A DNA stretch of 64,000 nt from Octopus bimaculoides (lineage: Eukaryota): NCBI RefSeq assembly GCF_001194135.2, contig NC_068987.1:69422783-69486782 (forward strand), written 5' to 3'. This document shows positions 42,200 to 54,993 of this stretch, piece after piece. Within the stretch, counting starts at the first letter, position 1. Every line of letters begins with the position of its first letter. Made by a program: the position numbers and the translations under genes. The notes under the pieces are model-generated. The model had not been told where the DNA came from and ran no database searches. It saw only the letters and a program-made list of their open reading frames with translations.

Positions 42200-42790
42200 T
42201 ATCTTTCTCCTCCCCACTCTCCTCCCCTTCTCCTCCCCACTCTCCTCCCCTTCTCCTCCACCCCTCTCCTCCACCCCTCTCCTCCACCCCCTCTNNNNNN
42301 NNNNNNNNNNNNNNNNNNNNNNNNNNNNNNNNNNNNNNNNNNNNNNNNNNNNNNNNNNNNNNNNNNNNNNNNNNNNNNNNNNNNNNNNNNNNNNNNNNNN
42401 NNNNNNNNNNNNNNNNNNNNNNNNNNNNNNNNNNNNNNNNNNNNNNNNNNNNNNNNNNNNNNNNNNNNNNNNNNNNNNNNNNNNNNNNNNNNNNNNNNNN
42501 NNNNNNNNNNNNNNNNNNNNNNNNNNNNNNNNNNNNNNNNNNNNNNNNNNNNNNNNNNNNNNNNNNNNNNNNNNNNNNNNNNNNNNCTCCTCCCCTCTCC
42601 TCGAGCTCCTCTCCTTGACCTCCTCACCTCCTCTCCTCCACCTCCTCACCTCCTCTCCTCCACCTCCTCACCTCCACTTCCTCCTCCTCCTCCTCCTCCT
42701 CACCATCATCACCACCACCGCCATCCTCTTCCTCCTCCTCGTCCACCTCAGCATCATCATAATCACCATCATCATCATCATCGTCGTCGC
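42200..42790. repeat. CTC/CCT/CAT pyrimidine-rich low-complexity tract around a gap
   Basis: Direct inspection. Confidence 0.9.
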
Positions 42791-43446
42791 GATCATCATC
42801 ATTAAATTGCACTGTACGGATAAGAAAAACTAGGTTTTGATGTTTTTTACTCTTTTTGTTTCTTCACCTCATCTGTCAAGCCATAACAAAAGACCTTAGA
42901 CACAGAGTACCTTTCAAAGAATATAATCAGTTCCAAGGAAGGGGAACTTTAGGAGCAATCGCATGTCTGACTATGTCAAGCTTGCCATGTACTGCGATAT
43001 TTTTTTGGGTGGAAATTGAATGTGATGCTTAGTTCATAACTGATGCAACTTTCCATTTTGCTACTGGTGAGTGGAGGGGAGTCCTTACAATCTTGATATC
43101 TTTATTTTTAATTCAGCATATTTCGATATTTTCTACTTTTTCATCTCTAATCCAATATAAGAGTTTGTCTCATGGTATCTACCGCAATATAGTTTAGTTT
43201 GCTCTAACAGAACATCCACGTTTAAATGGGGATAAATATTACCAATCGGCATTAATATTGCCTCTGTTGCTAATATATATTTACTAAATATTTCGTCTGA
43301 ATGAATTGCAATGTATATGATGAGGCATTCTATATTTTACGTCATGGATAATGTTATCTGCATTCCAACTCCTCCACCTCCTCCTCCTCCTCCTCCNNNN
43401 NNNNNNNNNNNNNNNNNNNNNNNNNNNNNNNNNNNNNNNNNNNNNN

Positions 43447-43496
<50 letters not shown>

Positions 43497-44158
43497 GCGT
43501 TCTCGTAGCTGCTATTATTTCATGAAAACATCTATAACGATTTTGACATTGGCAAGACCACTCATTTCTAAAGAAAGGAAACAGAAGATATTGTTTGGCA
43601 TTGATTCACGAATAGCATATATTCTACCGACTCTGGAGGGAGGAAATATCATAGTGAACCTGGTGGGATTTGAACTCGGAAATTTCAGCAATCTTTCTTT
43701 ATTGGGGCAATTCCACTAAGCTAATATTTAATTGAAAAAAGGAAATGAGAGTATACAGTATGCACACATTTTGCAAGTGCAATATTACTGCAAGAATAAC
43801 AATAAAGACATTAAGATAGGATACTGAAAGAATTGATAATACACGTTGGGATGCAGGATAATTCAATCTATATTTGTACACATTGTGAAATATCCAAGAA
43901 GCTTACCTAATGCCGATGACTCATCTTCAGAACTACGTGTACCGTATTTAAACATTGCAACTGACACAACATAACTATACTTAACAGGCCATTGACAAGA
44001 AACACGACAGCCTCTCCCCGTGTTGCCTACTAACAGCAGATACTTCGAACAACAGTTTCCTAGAAATCAATGAAATTGCCTATCTTTACAGAGAGAAGCA
44101 TTTTTCCTTTGTTCTTGTTACTGCGATAAAATTTATAGAATTATATGTGATGTGCAGT

Positions 44159-44211
<53 letters not shown>

Positions 44212-44419
44212 CATACACACACACACATTATATATATATATATGTTTATGTGCGTGAGCCCATGTATCTGTGTGTGATATTTCAGAGGATAGGTTGTAAA
44301 AGAGGAATGGCTCTGTGATAGATTTGAAGGAGAAAAGAGCGCATTTGGTAGTTGCGGAGATGGCACAGCAGCGGCAGGAATTATGGTACCTGTGATCTGA
44401 GCAGGACAAAGGTTACCAC

Positions 44420-44990
44420 CACATTTTCTTCGGGTTCAGACTGAATGATTATTCCATACTTCTTAGTAGTGTACATGTTTCTTAATCTTTTAGAAGGAAA
44501 AGTTTGACTCGACTTTGAATTGTTGACTTGCTCGCCTTTCTCAGACAGTCTGAGGGAGATAGCAAGCTGAACGTTCGAAGTAACTATCAACCTATTTGCT
44601 GTACACGTGTTCCATCACACATACATAAGTGCGTATGCATATATAGATATATATACACGTAGTGTATCTATATACACGTAGTGATACATGTGCACACGCA
44701 ACTGAACAGACAGATACACACAGACACACACACACACGCACACAAGTACTTATATGTGGATAAGTGACGCGTTTCCTATCTCCATTTGTCTGCAGGTATC
44801 GTGGTAATTGCTTTCTCATAGTAAAGGCTTTCCAAAGCATGCGTTTGATAAGGCCTTCCATTTATTCAATGAGGAGTACGGCATGGAGATTCCTGGATGG
44901 TATTTCTATATTCTTCAAAGAATAAAGGAACGGTGGTGCTCTCCATCTCCAACTGCGTATTCTCAGTTTGTAGATAAATTTGAACAGAAT
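44420..44990 (+). mobile_element. CR1/L2-like LINE reverse-transcriptase relic split by a microsatellite
   Basis: Plus strand SSGSD*MIIPYFL (cf. KSSGPDGI), SNYQPI (cf. NYRPISL) at 44579, and LSKA/FDKAFH (cf. DFSKAFDKVPH) at about 44828, in the expected order. Confidence 0.55.
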
Positions 44991-45380
44991 TAGACAGAGT
45001 ATACCATTATGTTAACTAACGGAAGAGAAGATTAGTCAATACATACTAGAGAGTTTATATTTATTGAGAAACAGTTAATGATTCATTTTTTGTCATCCAG
45101 AGTAAGACAATATATAATGAATAAAACTAGCACGATCTGCAAAATACTGGGTACATGAATATACTCTATTATTGCATGAAGAAGAATCCAATTTGTAAAT
45201 TGTATAACTATATACCTATGTGTGTATATGCGTGCAAGCGTATGTAGACACAAACGCACATACACATGCACATGCACACACACAAACACCACACATACTT
45301 GTGCATACATATTTATTCGGTAAATATGCACGTATGTATCGCACAGTAGTTTTAATTAAAAGTGCTCGACATATTATTTT

Positions 45381-45577
45381 ACTTTCTTTTACTTGTTTCA
45401 GTCGTTGGACGGCGGCCATACTGGAGTATCGCGTTGAATGGATTTAGTCAAACAAATCGACCCTAGGTCTTACTTCTTAAAACTAGTAATTATTCTCTCG
45501 GTCTCTTTTGTGGAATCACTAAGCTACGTGGACACTAGTTCAAGTTGCCATACAGTGCGACTGAGCCCGGAACTGTA
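45381..45577 (-). mobile_element. Diverged SINE family A 3' part
   Basis: TTTTACTTGTTTCAGTCGTTGGACGGCGGCCATACTGGAG...TTTAGTCAAACAAATCGACCC matches the family A tail. Confidence 0.8.
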
Positions 45578-45599
45578 TGTATATATATATATATATATA

Positions 45600-45991
45600 T
45601 ATTTATTTTGCAAAATGTTTGATGTGAAATTGTGTGTTGAAACAGATATTGTTGTATTTGGGGATGGTCATGTTGCCGGTTTGGTCAATGAGAGCACACG
45701 CGCTGTATATTTGGTGTTGATTTGCTCCAGCTTTGTATTACATTACATTACATTAATCATATTTCGGCAAAATGGCTGATCGTTAGCAAGGAGGGACACA
45801 CACATAAGAAAGAAGAAAGCAAAGAACCACTGATGCGGTCACAGAAGTGTGACGAAAGAACTCTGGCCGAAATAGTATTAATGTAATGTAATGTAATACA
45901 AAGCTGAAGCAAATTAACACCAAATATACAGTGCGTGTGTTTGTATTGGCTAAACTGGCAATATGACCATCACCAAGTACAACAACATATA
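45600..45991. mobile_element. Foldback or MITE-like element with 120-bp inverted arms
   Basis: 45649-45768 versus the reverse complement of 45866-45985 aligns ungapped at 105/120; a partial copy of the element ends lies at 5281-5330. Confidence 0.85.
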
Positions 45992-46026
45992 NNNNNNNNN
46001 NNNNNNNNNNGACACGATTCGAGATG

Positions 46027-46091
<65 letters not shown>

Positions 46092-46713
46092 ATGTATATC
46101 ATGCCAAGCACTTTTACCTTAAGTGAGGATTTTGTTAGCTGTCCTGATTTCCAATTGTCTTTTTCTTAATTTTTATATCTAACACTTTTCTGTCAATACA
46201 TGGACATCGATAATACACATCTTTTTGCCTTTTCTCTTTCACTCTCTCGCTCTCTCCCTCTTTCTTTCCTTCTCTGTCTCTCTCTCATTCTGTCTCTCTC
46301 TCTTTCTTTGAACTATTTATGTATCCCTTTTTCTTTGTGTTACTAGTGCCCAAATTTCCCAAACAAAATTATTAATGCTGATGTTGTTCTTTGAAAATGT
46401 TCTGTTTTCGACTACCAATGCATTGCATTCATTCCCCACCCTATAATCGTCACATTTTTCTTTCATTACCTGCCACTATTAGGCTCACTTTCATTACATT
46501 CCTTTCTTAGATTTCTATCAGAATCATTCTCGTCCAGTAATAATTTTCTCCACATTTTCATCTATTACTCTTTTTACCATTTGCATTCTCCACCTTTTTG
46601 TCTTTCACACTCTCTGTTCTTCGTCTCTCACTCTTTTATTCTTTGACTATCCTTGTTCTTTTCTTTCTCTCTGTTATTCTCTTTCCTCGGTCACAAAGAT
46701 TTATCTGATAATC

Positions 46714-46930
46714 GCGGCAACGAGCTGGCAGATTCGTTAGCGTGCCGGGCAAAATGTTTAGCGACATTTTGTCACTGAGTTCTGAGTTCAAATTTCGTCG
46801 TGGTTGACTTTGCCTTCCATCATTTTGGGGTTGGTAAAATAAACCTGATTTGAGCCCCGAGAGTCGATGTATTTGACTTAACCACTCCTACGAGATTGCT
46901 GGCATTGTGCTATAACTTTTAAACCAATAT
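46714..46930 (+). mobile_element. SINE family B
   Basis: GCGGCAACGAGCTGGCAGATTCGTTAGCGTGCCGGGC...GAGTTCAAATTTC...GGTTGACTTTGCCTTCCATC. Confidence 0.9.
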
Positions 46931-47734
46931 TTATCTTACAATCATTCTGTCATTGTTTTATTTATTTATTTATTTATTTTTTTGTTTATATTTAACTATT
47001 GCATTGTCTTTATAAACCATTACTTGCAATCTCTCAAATTCTGTAACTTCATTCATTCATTCATTTATTCATTCGTTCATTCATTCATTTACTCATGCAA
47101 TCATCGATTTCAATGCATCTAACCCTATCCACTATTTTACAATCTATCCTATCCTTCTCTTAAAAAACATACATAGAATACGTCTTAAAATAAGTTGAAT
47201 GTTATTGGACTACTCTTAATTAGTATTATTTATCATTAGCTCTGACTTCAAATACTGTTACGTCGTCCATGTCTCTTCCAGAACATTAAAGAAGTAAATG
47301 AAGTGAAACCGTTCCTATTGGGAACTAAAATGAAGGTATTATCTCAAGTCACTGACAGATTATCACCATTTCCAAGTTACTCACCAGGATTTTTTTCTTT
47401 TATTTTACCAACTATTCTCCACTTCACTCGTTCTGTATATTTTTTAAACTTTTGATAGTCTAGTACACTGTACTCTTCACCTTCAGTTCAGTGTCTCTAT
47501 AGATACTGTCAAAGGACTGGTATCAAATTTAGCAGCATTAAGTACATCAAACAATAAGAGTTCCAGATTGTGGAGAAAGTTACAACAATTTTCAAGTCAT
47601 TTATACACATTTATTGAATCTCGATGCACCGACGTCATTTTCCCTTTTCACTTACTTATTACAGCTTCTCAGTGCATATATTTATGTGTATGTAGTCAGG
47701 TCAAATAAACGAACATTAAAAATAACAATAACAA

Positions 47735-47860
47735 ACAACCAGTGGACATTAGTTTGACGATCGGTAACGAGAGAGGGGCTTTGACGTTTCGAGTAAAGCA
47801 CTTCGTCGGAGAGAGAAAGGAAAAAAATCCAAAGAGGAAAACAACCACCAACAGTACGTG
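47735..47860 (-). mobile_element. Dispersed repeat with a degenerate hammerhead motif, copy 3 (diverged)
   Basis: ATTAGTTTGACGATCGGTAA...CTTTGACGTTTCGAG parallels copy 1; minus strand reads CCGACGA-AGTGCTTTACTC-GAA-ACGT-C. Confidence 0.6.
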
Positions 47861-47866
47861 CGTAGT

Positions 47867-47908
<42 letters not shown>

Positions 47909-48519
47909 NNNNNNNNNNNNNNNNNNNNNNNNNNNNNNNNNNNNNNNNNNNNNNNNNNNNNNNNNNNNNNNNNNNNNNNNNNNNNNNNNNNNNNNNNNNN
48001 NNNNNNNNNNNNNNNNNNNNNNNNNNNNNNNNNNNNNNNNNNNNNNNNNNNNNNNNNNNNNNNNNNNNNNNNNNNNNNNNNNNNNNNNNNNNNNNNNNNN
48101 NNNNTATATATATAGGTAAGTAGGTAGGTAGGTAGGTAGGTAGTTAAACAAATATAGATTGGAGAGATATAGATATTTTCACATATATAAACGTACGTGC
48201 ATACATGTATCGTTTGTGCCTGATTATTATGTTTGAGGTATTTCTCAGCATATGAAACTATTAGTAGCACATAAAAATAGATATTATGTCTATTTGATAA
48301 TATTTATCACTCGCCAGATGGAATACTTTTCTGTTGTTCTTACGATCATGGAGCAGTATATTGTGTGTGTGTGTATTCACATGTATGATAATGGCTGACT
48401 CTCATGTCCGAGAAAGGATGAATGACCTGCGCAATTGATTTGCTTATACAAGTTGTTTATGCTTCACTTTAGCTCACTGCTTCCACCAAATCAACATTAC
48501 CTCTGCAACTGGATGATGT

Positions 48520-48644
48520 GCCACGCGTCAGATGTCGAAGTGATTGCAGAGCAACGTGAGATGAAGTGTTTTGCTCAAGAATTGAACCCATGAACTCACA
48601 ATCATGAGTTCAACATGATTAACCACTGAGACACGCGCCCTCAC
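48520..48644 (-). mobile_element. tRNA-derived SINE (family C head)
   Basis: Minus strand GTGAGGGCGCGTGTCTCAGTGGTT (A-box-like)...GGGTTCAATTC (B-box-like)...TTGAGCAAAACACTTCATCTCACGTTGCTC. Confidence 0.75.
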
Positions 48645-49454
48645 ACATGCATACATACGTACATATACACATACATACATAATACATACATGCATGCATA
48701 CGAACATACATACATACATACATACATACATACATACATGCACACACATGCTACTGGTAAAATCTGACGTATCAAGTAGTTGGATCGTCACAACATCACG
48801 AGATTAGCATGGTGTCGAAAATTGTTCCAACCCAGCAGAACAGAAACCAAATTTTTCAAAAAGATGAATGAACCTTGGAAAATATTCAGAAATGCAATTC
48901 ATAATATGTTACACCTTACACTCTGTTCAAATTTCAACAGCAGGTAGTTTGATGAATTGTATTTCAAATATGTTCATTTGTGTTTATCGGTTTTTATCTG
49001 GTATCCGCATAGGCGCTTCTATTTCGCATTATTAGACAAACTTCGGTTGGGACAAATTCTCATTTGACATGCTTGGATTTTGCATCCTAAGTCGCATGCA
49101 CCCATTTATTTGCCTCTGCAAGTAGCACATTGTGCACAATATTGCGCTACGCAATGAGCAGAAGACACTGGGGTTAGCAGATCGCAAACTTAGTCGACTG
49201 AAACCAAATTCTGTGTATAGGACCCTCTAATTTTTCAAAAGCGAATTCAAAATAAGTGTAAAAAATAAAAGGATATAACTGGAGGCTCCTCGACTAGGCT
49301 GTGCATGGAAGCGAATTGCTAGCCAGAAGAATTCAAATTCAATACATATATGTGTGGGGGTGTATATGTGTATGTGTATGTGTATGTGTGTGAGTGTGCG
49401 CGTGCGCGTGTGCGTTTGTGTGTGTATGTGTGCGTGTTTGTGTATGGTGGACTG

Positions 49455-49870
49455 AGGTGAGGTTGTGTGTAAGAAGTTTGTTTCCCAGCCACATAATTCC
49501 TGGTTCAGTCTCACACCGTGGCATCTTGAGCAACAGTCTTCTGCCATAGTACCGGGCCCACCAAAGTCTTGTGATTTGATTTGGAAGACGGAAACTGAAA
49601 GAAGTTCGTCAAATGCATATGTATAAATCTATATATGTCTGTTCATTTGTGTTTCTGTTTCGTCCTACCACCACTTCCACCACCACTGTTTGAAAGACAG
49701 TGTCATATTTTCTTTAAACCCAGTTGTTTAGTGATTCGGCAAATTTTACTGATAGCATAAGTATCAAACATCAGAAATAAATATTGGAGGTCAGTTAATT
49801 CGACTAAAACCCTTCAAGGCGATGCCTCAGCATTGGAGTAGTCCAATGAGACTGAAACGAGTAAAAGATA
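49455..49870 (+). mobile_element. Diverged full-length SINE family A
   Basis: TGTGTGTAAGAAGTTTG...GGTTCAGTC...GTGGCATCTTGAGCAA...GACGGAAACTGAAAGAAG...TTCGACTAAAA...GACTGAAACGAGTAAAAGA, colinear with family A. Confidence 0.82.
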
Positions 49871-49901
49871 ATATATGTGCGTTGGTGTGTGTGTGTGTGT
49901 G

Positions 49902-49951
<50 letters not shown>

Positions 49952-51056
49952 CACTACATGTGGAACGTATGTATTTTATTTGAGAGGAATTCAAGGGCAA
50001 AATGACAACGCATCTGACCGTTTCATCTCAGACTGATGATTTTCTGCCGAGATGAAACTGGTCAACCAGTACCTGCGATTGCTGCAATAATATGATTGTA
50101 CGTGGTTGTGTGCGTATGTATGAATGTACAGGTATGTGTTCATGCGCATGCTTACGTTCACATTCATACTCATCCATATTCATATATAAAGTATTTTTGC
50201 GTTCGTATATGCGTGTCATTATGAGTATGGTTTTTTTATGTATGTTATTGTTGGATTCGTGAGCCTGTAGCTGTCTATGTTTGTACGTGTGCTTACAAAG
50301 ATATAAGTATATTGAACACAAAGGCATATGTGAGGTTAAGTATTATGTGCACATTTATATATCTTGTTTTTCTGGCTGAACAGTGAGTGAATACTATATG
50401 TGGTGGCGTCTGCTTTTTGTTTGCATGATAACATAGGTATATTTGTATATATAAGTGTACTGTGTATGTCTTATGTTTAAGGTGACGGAGTTTTGCTGAG
50501 TGGGGAAAAGGGTAGGAAATTCAGAATAAAGGTATATTCTATTATAATAACAAACAGACCAGCAAGAATTGTAATGGCTTCATCAATGTCGATTATTTTG
50601 CTTCTACAGTTTAGTCCGAGACAGAAAAAGACAAAAGATTAAATGTGACGAAAAAATGATTTTCTTTCTTACAAATCTTTTTCTCTTATATTTTTCATTT
50701 TTAACGAGTTTTTTTTTTTGCTGTTTTATTTATTAATTTTCTTTTTTACATTATGATATTTTCTTCATGTTGATAACACACAGAAGACAAAAACAGAAAA
50801 AAAGATATCAACAAAGCAAAAATATAATAAAGTAAAAATTTCTGTTGAGAAATTAATACTAATCAATAAATGTTTATCTTTAAGCCTTTGTTATTATACT
50901 AATGTTGATCGATTAATTGAAAAAAAAAATCTCGCTTTAACCAAAGAATTTTTCGATCGATTTACTTATTTCATTCTATTATGTTTCTTTAATCAATTTT
51001 CCCGCCAAAATTTGTATTCTTTGACAATCAGTCAACGATTATTGGTGTCACTCAAT

Positions 51057-51146
51057 CTACTACTACTACTACTGCTGCTGTTGCTGCTGCTGCTGCTAGA
51101 AGTATTAAAAATAATGCCCATAATATCGGTAGCAGCAGCAGTGATG

Positions 51147-51194
<48 letters not shown>

Positions 51195-51195
51195 A
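51057..51195. repeat. (CTA/CTG)n and (CAG/TAG)n trinucleotide tracts
   Basis: Direct tandem units. Confidence 0.92.
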
Positions 51196-51652
51196 GTTCA
51201 GATGCTGCGTTCACGATGTTAGCAAGTGTTAAGAAACACAGGCAACATATATTCGACAAGAGAGAGTTTCGATAATCATTACTACCGATACTACAATGAC
51301 GTCAACATAGTGACAACAAATAGGTATTTTTCTTGTGGGAGGAAAAATTGCATGTTCAATCCCACTTTGCTATCACGATTCCTTTTCAATTTTCATTTTC
51401 ATTTTTCTCTTTCCCCTTCCTTTTTCCTTCCTATAGTCTGCTAAGTATTACCAAGATAATTTAAGTTGAAATGTCATGAGAATATACAATTGACATAACG
51501 TACCTTCTTTCTTTCTCACTCTGCCGACAGACATTTCTTTCTCTTTCTCCTCTTTCTCTCTTTCTACCTCTCTCTCTCTCTCTCTCTTTCTTTCTCTCTC
51601 TCTCTCTTTTCTTTCTCTCTCACAATCACTTTCATTTCGGATACGTACATAC

Positions 51653-51746
<94 letters not shown>

Positions 51747-51848
51747 ATGTATATATATATATATACACATATACATATATTTGCATATAATATAGAGACA
51801 CACATATGTATGTATATATATAAACATACATATATATGTATATATATA

Positions 51849-51880
<32 letters not shown>

Positions 51881-52779
51881 CTGTATGTGTGTCTGTATGT
51901 GTATGTATATATGCATATTTATGTATAGAAATGCAATCACAAAGATTACTCACTTCATATATAAAATTTTATGTATTTCTTTAAAGTCGGCTAAACACTA
52001 TTTAATTTCGTAGGGTTTCACGTGTGGGTCGATCATTCAAGCCTGTCTCAAATTCCATAGGTTCTCCGTACAGCTTTCGATTGGATCGCACACTTTACGC
52101 ACGCACGTTCATAACATACATACACACACAATACAATGCATACAAATATGCGTAAGTGTGTATGTATGAGTAGGTTTATATAAAAGAGTGCAAAAGTGTA
52201 TATACCCAACCGAAATTGTGTATTTATGTGTGTGTGGGGTGCGTGTGGGGTGTGTGTGGGTGCCCGCGGGCGCGCGCGCGCGCGTGTGTGTGCGTGTATA
52301 AGATAGTATATCGTAAATACGAAATAACGAAAAGTAACTAGATTTATTTCAAAATGACTTCTTAAAATATTTAAAAACAAAATCCACTGCAATACTTCAT
52401 AAATATATTTAAGACACAGATAAAATAAAACTTGGTGGTTATATTTAGTCACTTCATATATATATATATATAGTCAGTTATTATGTATGGTCGAATATTC
52501 TATTAGTATATCAACACACTTATACATACTTGGTAGCCTGAAGTATTTGTTCATCGTGATGTAAATCGTTGTGAGAATGGTTCCTTTTACTCTGTCAAAT
52601 AAATGCTGTTCATCCCTGGAGGTATCCACGTTACTACTAATATGTGCAGAACATAAAGTGTGTTCGGGCTAAGATATTTCATATCTCTTTCTTTCAGGAA
52701 TAGTTTTATAAATTGAGGAACAATCAACGCCTTTGAAGACAATATATATTAAAGTTGTATTTGTGAAAAAGTTAGTTAA

Positions 52780-53080
52780 AATGAATATTTGTAAGAAAGT
52801 TACCTGTATTATGATGCTTCGCTCCGGGTTTCAAAATGCCGACATCAAGACTACTGAGCAATGCTCTGTGAACAATGAAACTTTTGCCACCGGGGAGGGA
52901 TAGAGCAGGCGCTCTGAAAGCGTCTACAAAAGAACTTATTCCCACACTCTTCAACAGGGCCTTAGGCTGAATTCAGACATTTGCATCAAACTGTTGGAGA
53001 CCATGGTCAGGCACGGTTTGAGAGGGTTACTGCTGGAGGGTAATATGAGTGGCAGCAGATTTAGACACCTTAACATAAAT
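52780..53080 (+). mobile_element. Possible RTE-clade LINE C-terminal relic
   Basis: One frame with a single TAG contains LETMVRHGLRGLLLEGNMSGSR, resembling the RTE end motif GH.MRH...L.LEGK..G.R; weak similarity judged by eye only. Confidence 0.3.
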
Positions 53081-53619
53081 CCGGAAAGAGTCAGAAGTGA
53101 TTGTCGGAGAATTTCTACTACTTCACTAGCCCCAATTTCTGGTCTCCTAATTCCCTCGAGCGTCACACTATGGGATGCTATGTTGAGAAAGATACCAAAT
53201 GGTCTGTGTGCAGTAATTAGACCAAACAGTTGGTACCAAGATCAAGGAGGTGTTCGAACATCTTCCCAGGGACATAGTGAGGAATGCAAGCGCATTGAGG
53301 ATGAGTAAACTATGGGAATGGAAACTAAGTCCGTTGCCCGAAGCGAAGCCACGAATATAGAGAGATTTCAAAAAAGAAAATAAACATTAAAAGACACAAT
53401 TTTGAAGACTATGTACAATCAATACTGAATAAACCAAGCCCTTACTGTTTTTCTATGTTTCTGCTTTGCGCAATCATTCTCGTTTCTTCCACCTCAATAC
53501 CTCTCTTTCTCAATATATGTGTGTGCATGTGTGTGTATGTATGTATGTATGTATGTATGTATGTATGTATGTATGTATATATGTATGTATGTGTTTATGC
53601 ATGTATATTTCTGTGACAT

Positions 53620-54060
53620 ATTCAAATAACATTCTTGAAAGTACTCTTGACTTCGCTACATTTGTTGATTTTAGCAGTTGCATTTGATCGGGTCACAATG
53701 CAGAAAATATTTGTAAATTGACAACTTATGCCAGTATTATCTATTGTTACAGACTGTGCGTTATCTGACCATAACATCTTAGTTGCGGATATAAGTGATA
53801 TCAACGATGTGGGAATGAGTTCATGATAGAATATGAAAGGGAGATAATTTCACGAACTATTAATCCGATTACTGTTGTAGTGTTCATATAGGATGTAACA
53901 CTTGTCCGATAGAGGTGAGTAGATTCACCACCGCTTTCAGCTTGAGAACACTGGAGCTTAACTTTAATTTGCAATCGTCTTTAAAGATAAAAGACTCGAT
54001 TCTTTCCTTTATAATTCTGGATTATCACATCTTCCATATGGTACAGATGACGTTGTATAG
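53620..54060 (+). mobile_element. LINE reverse-transcriptase relic
   Basis: FATFVDFSS/AFDRV (cf. F.DFSKAFDRV) at 53652-53694 and SHLPYGTDDVV (cf. SHLLYADD) at 54025-54057, in the correct order, frameshifted. Confidence 0.5.
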
Positions 54061-54663
54061 TAAATAAGTTAATTTAGAATTTGCTGTATTTTATCTTTGA
54101 TGTTAGTTAAAGCCAAATACCCAGTTGCAGTATTGTTATTACTGGCTTAATTAGAACCGACAAGTTGGTACAGCGGTAGTGTTCACGAGTAGAGATAATC
54201 TACTGAATGCTTTCCGATACTGATTCCAATTCCCTTTTGGAGTTAGCGAGGAATTTTCTTCTTTTATATCGATAAATTTTATTTTCGGCACCAAATAGAT
54301 GGAAAGGAGTTAAAATTGCATTACCATTTTCAAATGAGGAATTCAAAATTAAAATATTTAAAAAAATATTATAGAGAGAAGTTCTAGAGATTAGGTCATT
54401 TATGTGTTACTGTATTTGAAAATAATATTAATTCCATCATTATCAATTACACAAGGCAAAAATCTAAACGTTATTAGTAACCCATAAAATTCCTAACAAT
54501 AAGTGTAACTGTATTGTGGTTTTCTATTTAGTTACATGTTGAAAATTATTGCTACATTTTCGGGAATGTAGGGCCGAGTTCTATAGGAAGCCTTTGATTC
54601 TTTCCAGTCTCAAAAGTTTTTCTTTGTTTATTTGTTTATTTTGTTTATTTATATATATTGATA

Positions 54664-54734
54664 CTCTACTATGCTGACGAGCGGAAACTAGATTCCATTC
54701 TGGTTATCGTGAAATCGGTCGATACATAGTTGAG
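54664..54734 (+). ncRNA. Type I hammerhead ribozyme motif, core intact
   Basis: ACTATG (helix I) - CTGACGA - helix II 54681-54710 - GAA - ATCG GT CGAT (helix III) - A (H17) - CATAGT (helix I); all conserved core positions present. Confidence 0.75.
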
Positions 54735-54993
54735 AATTTTTTCTTTTTTTTTAATGTTGGTTTCTTTCGAAGGTTGCTTTTCCTAGCATTCGGTACTAAA
54801 ATGTGTTTGTTTGGGAAGTCTGGTGTGTGGCATTATTCTGTAGTAATGCCCTTTATATATATATAAATGAATAAGTATATTCTTGGGAATAGAAATTTCC
54901 CTTATGAATTTATTTACACACTAGCTTCTTGATAGAATTCTTGTAAAATATGTTTATCCTATTTTGATTTTATTAACCAAATATATATATATA

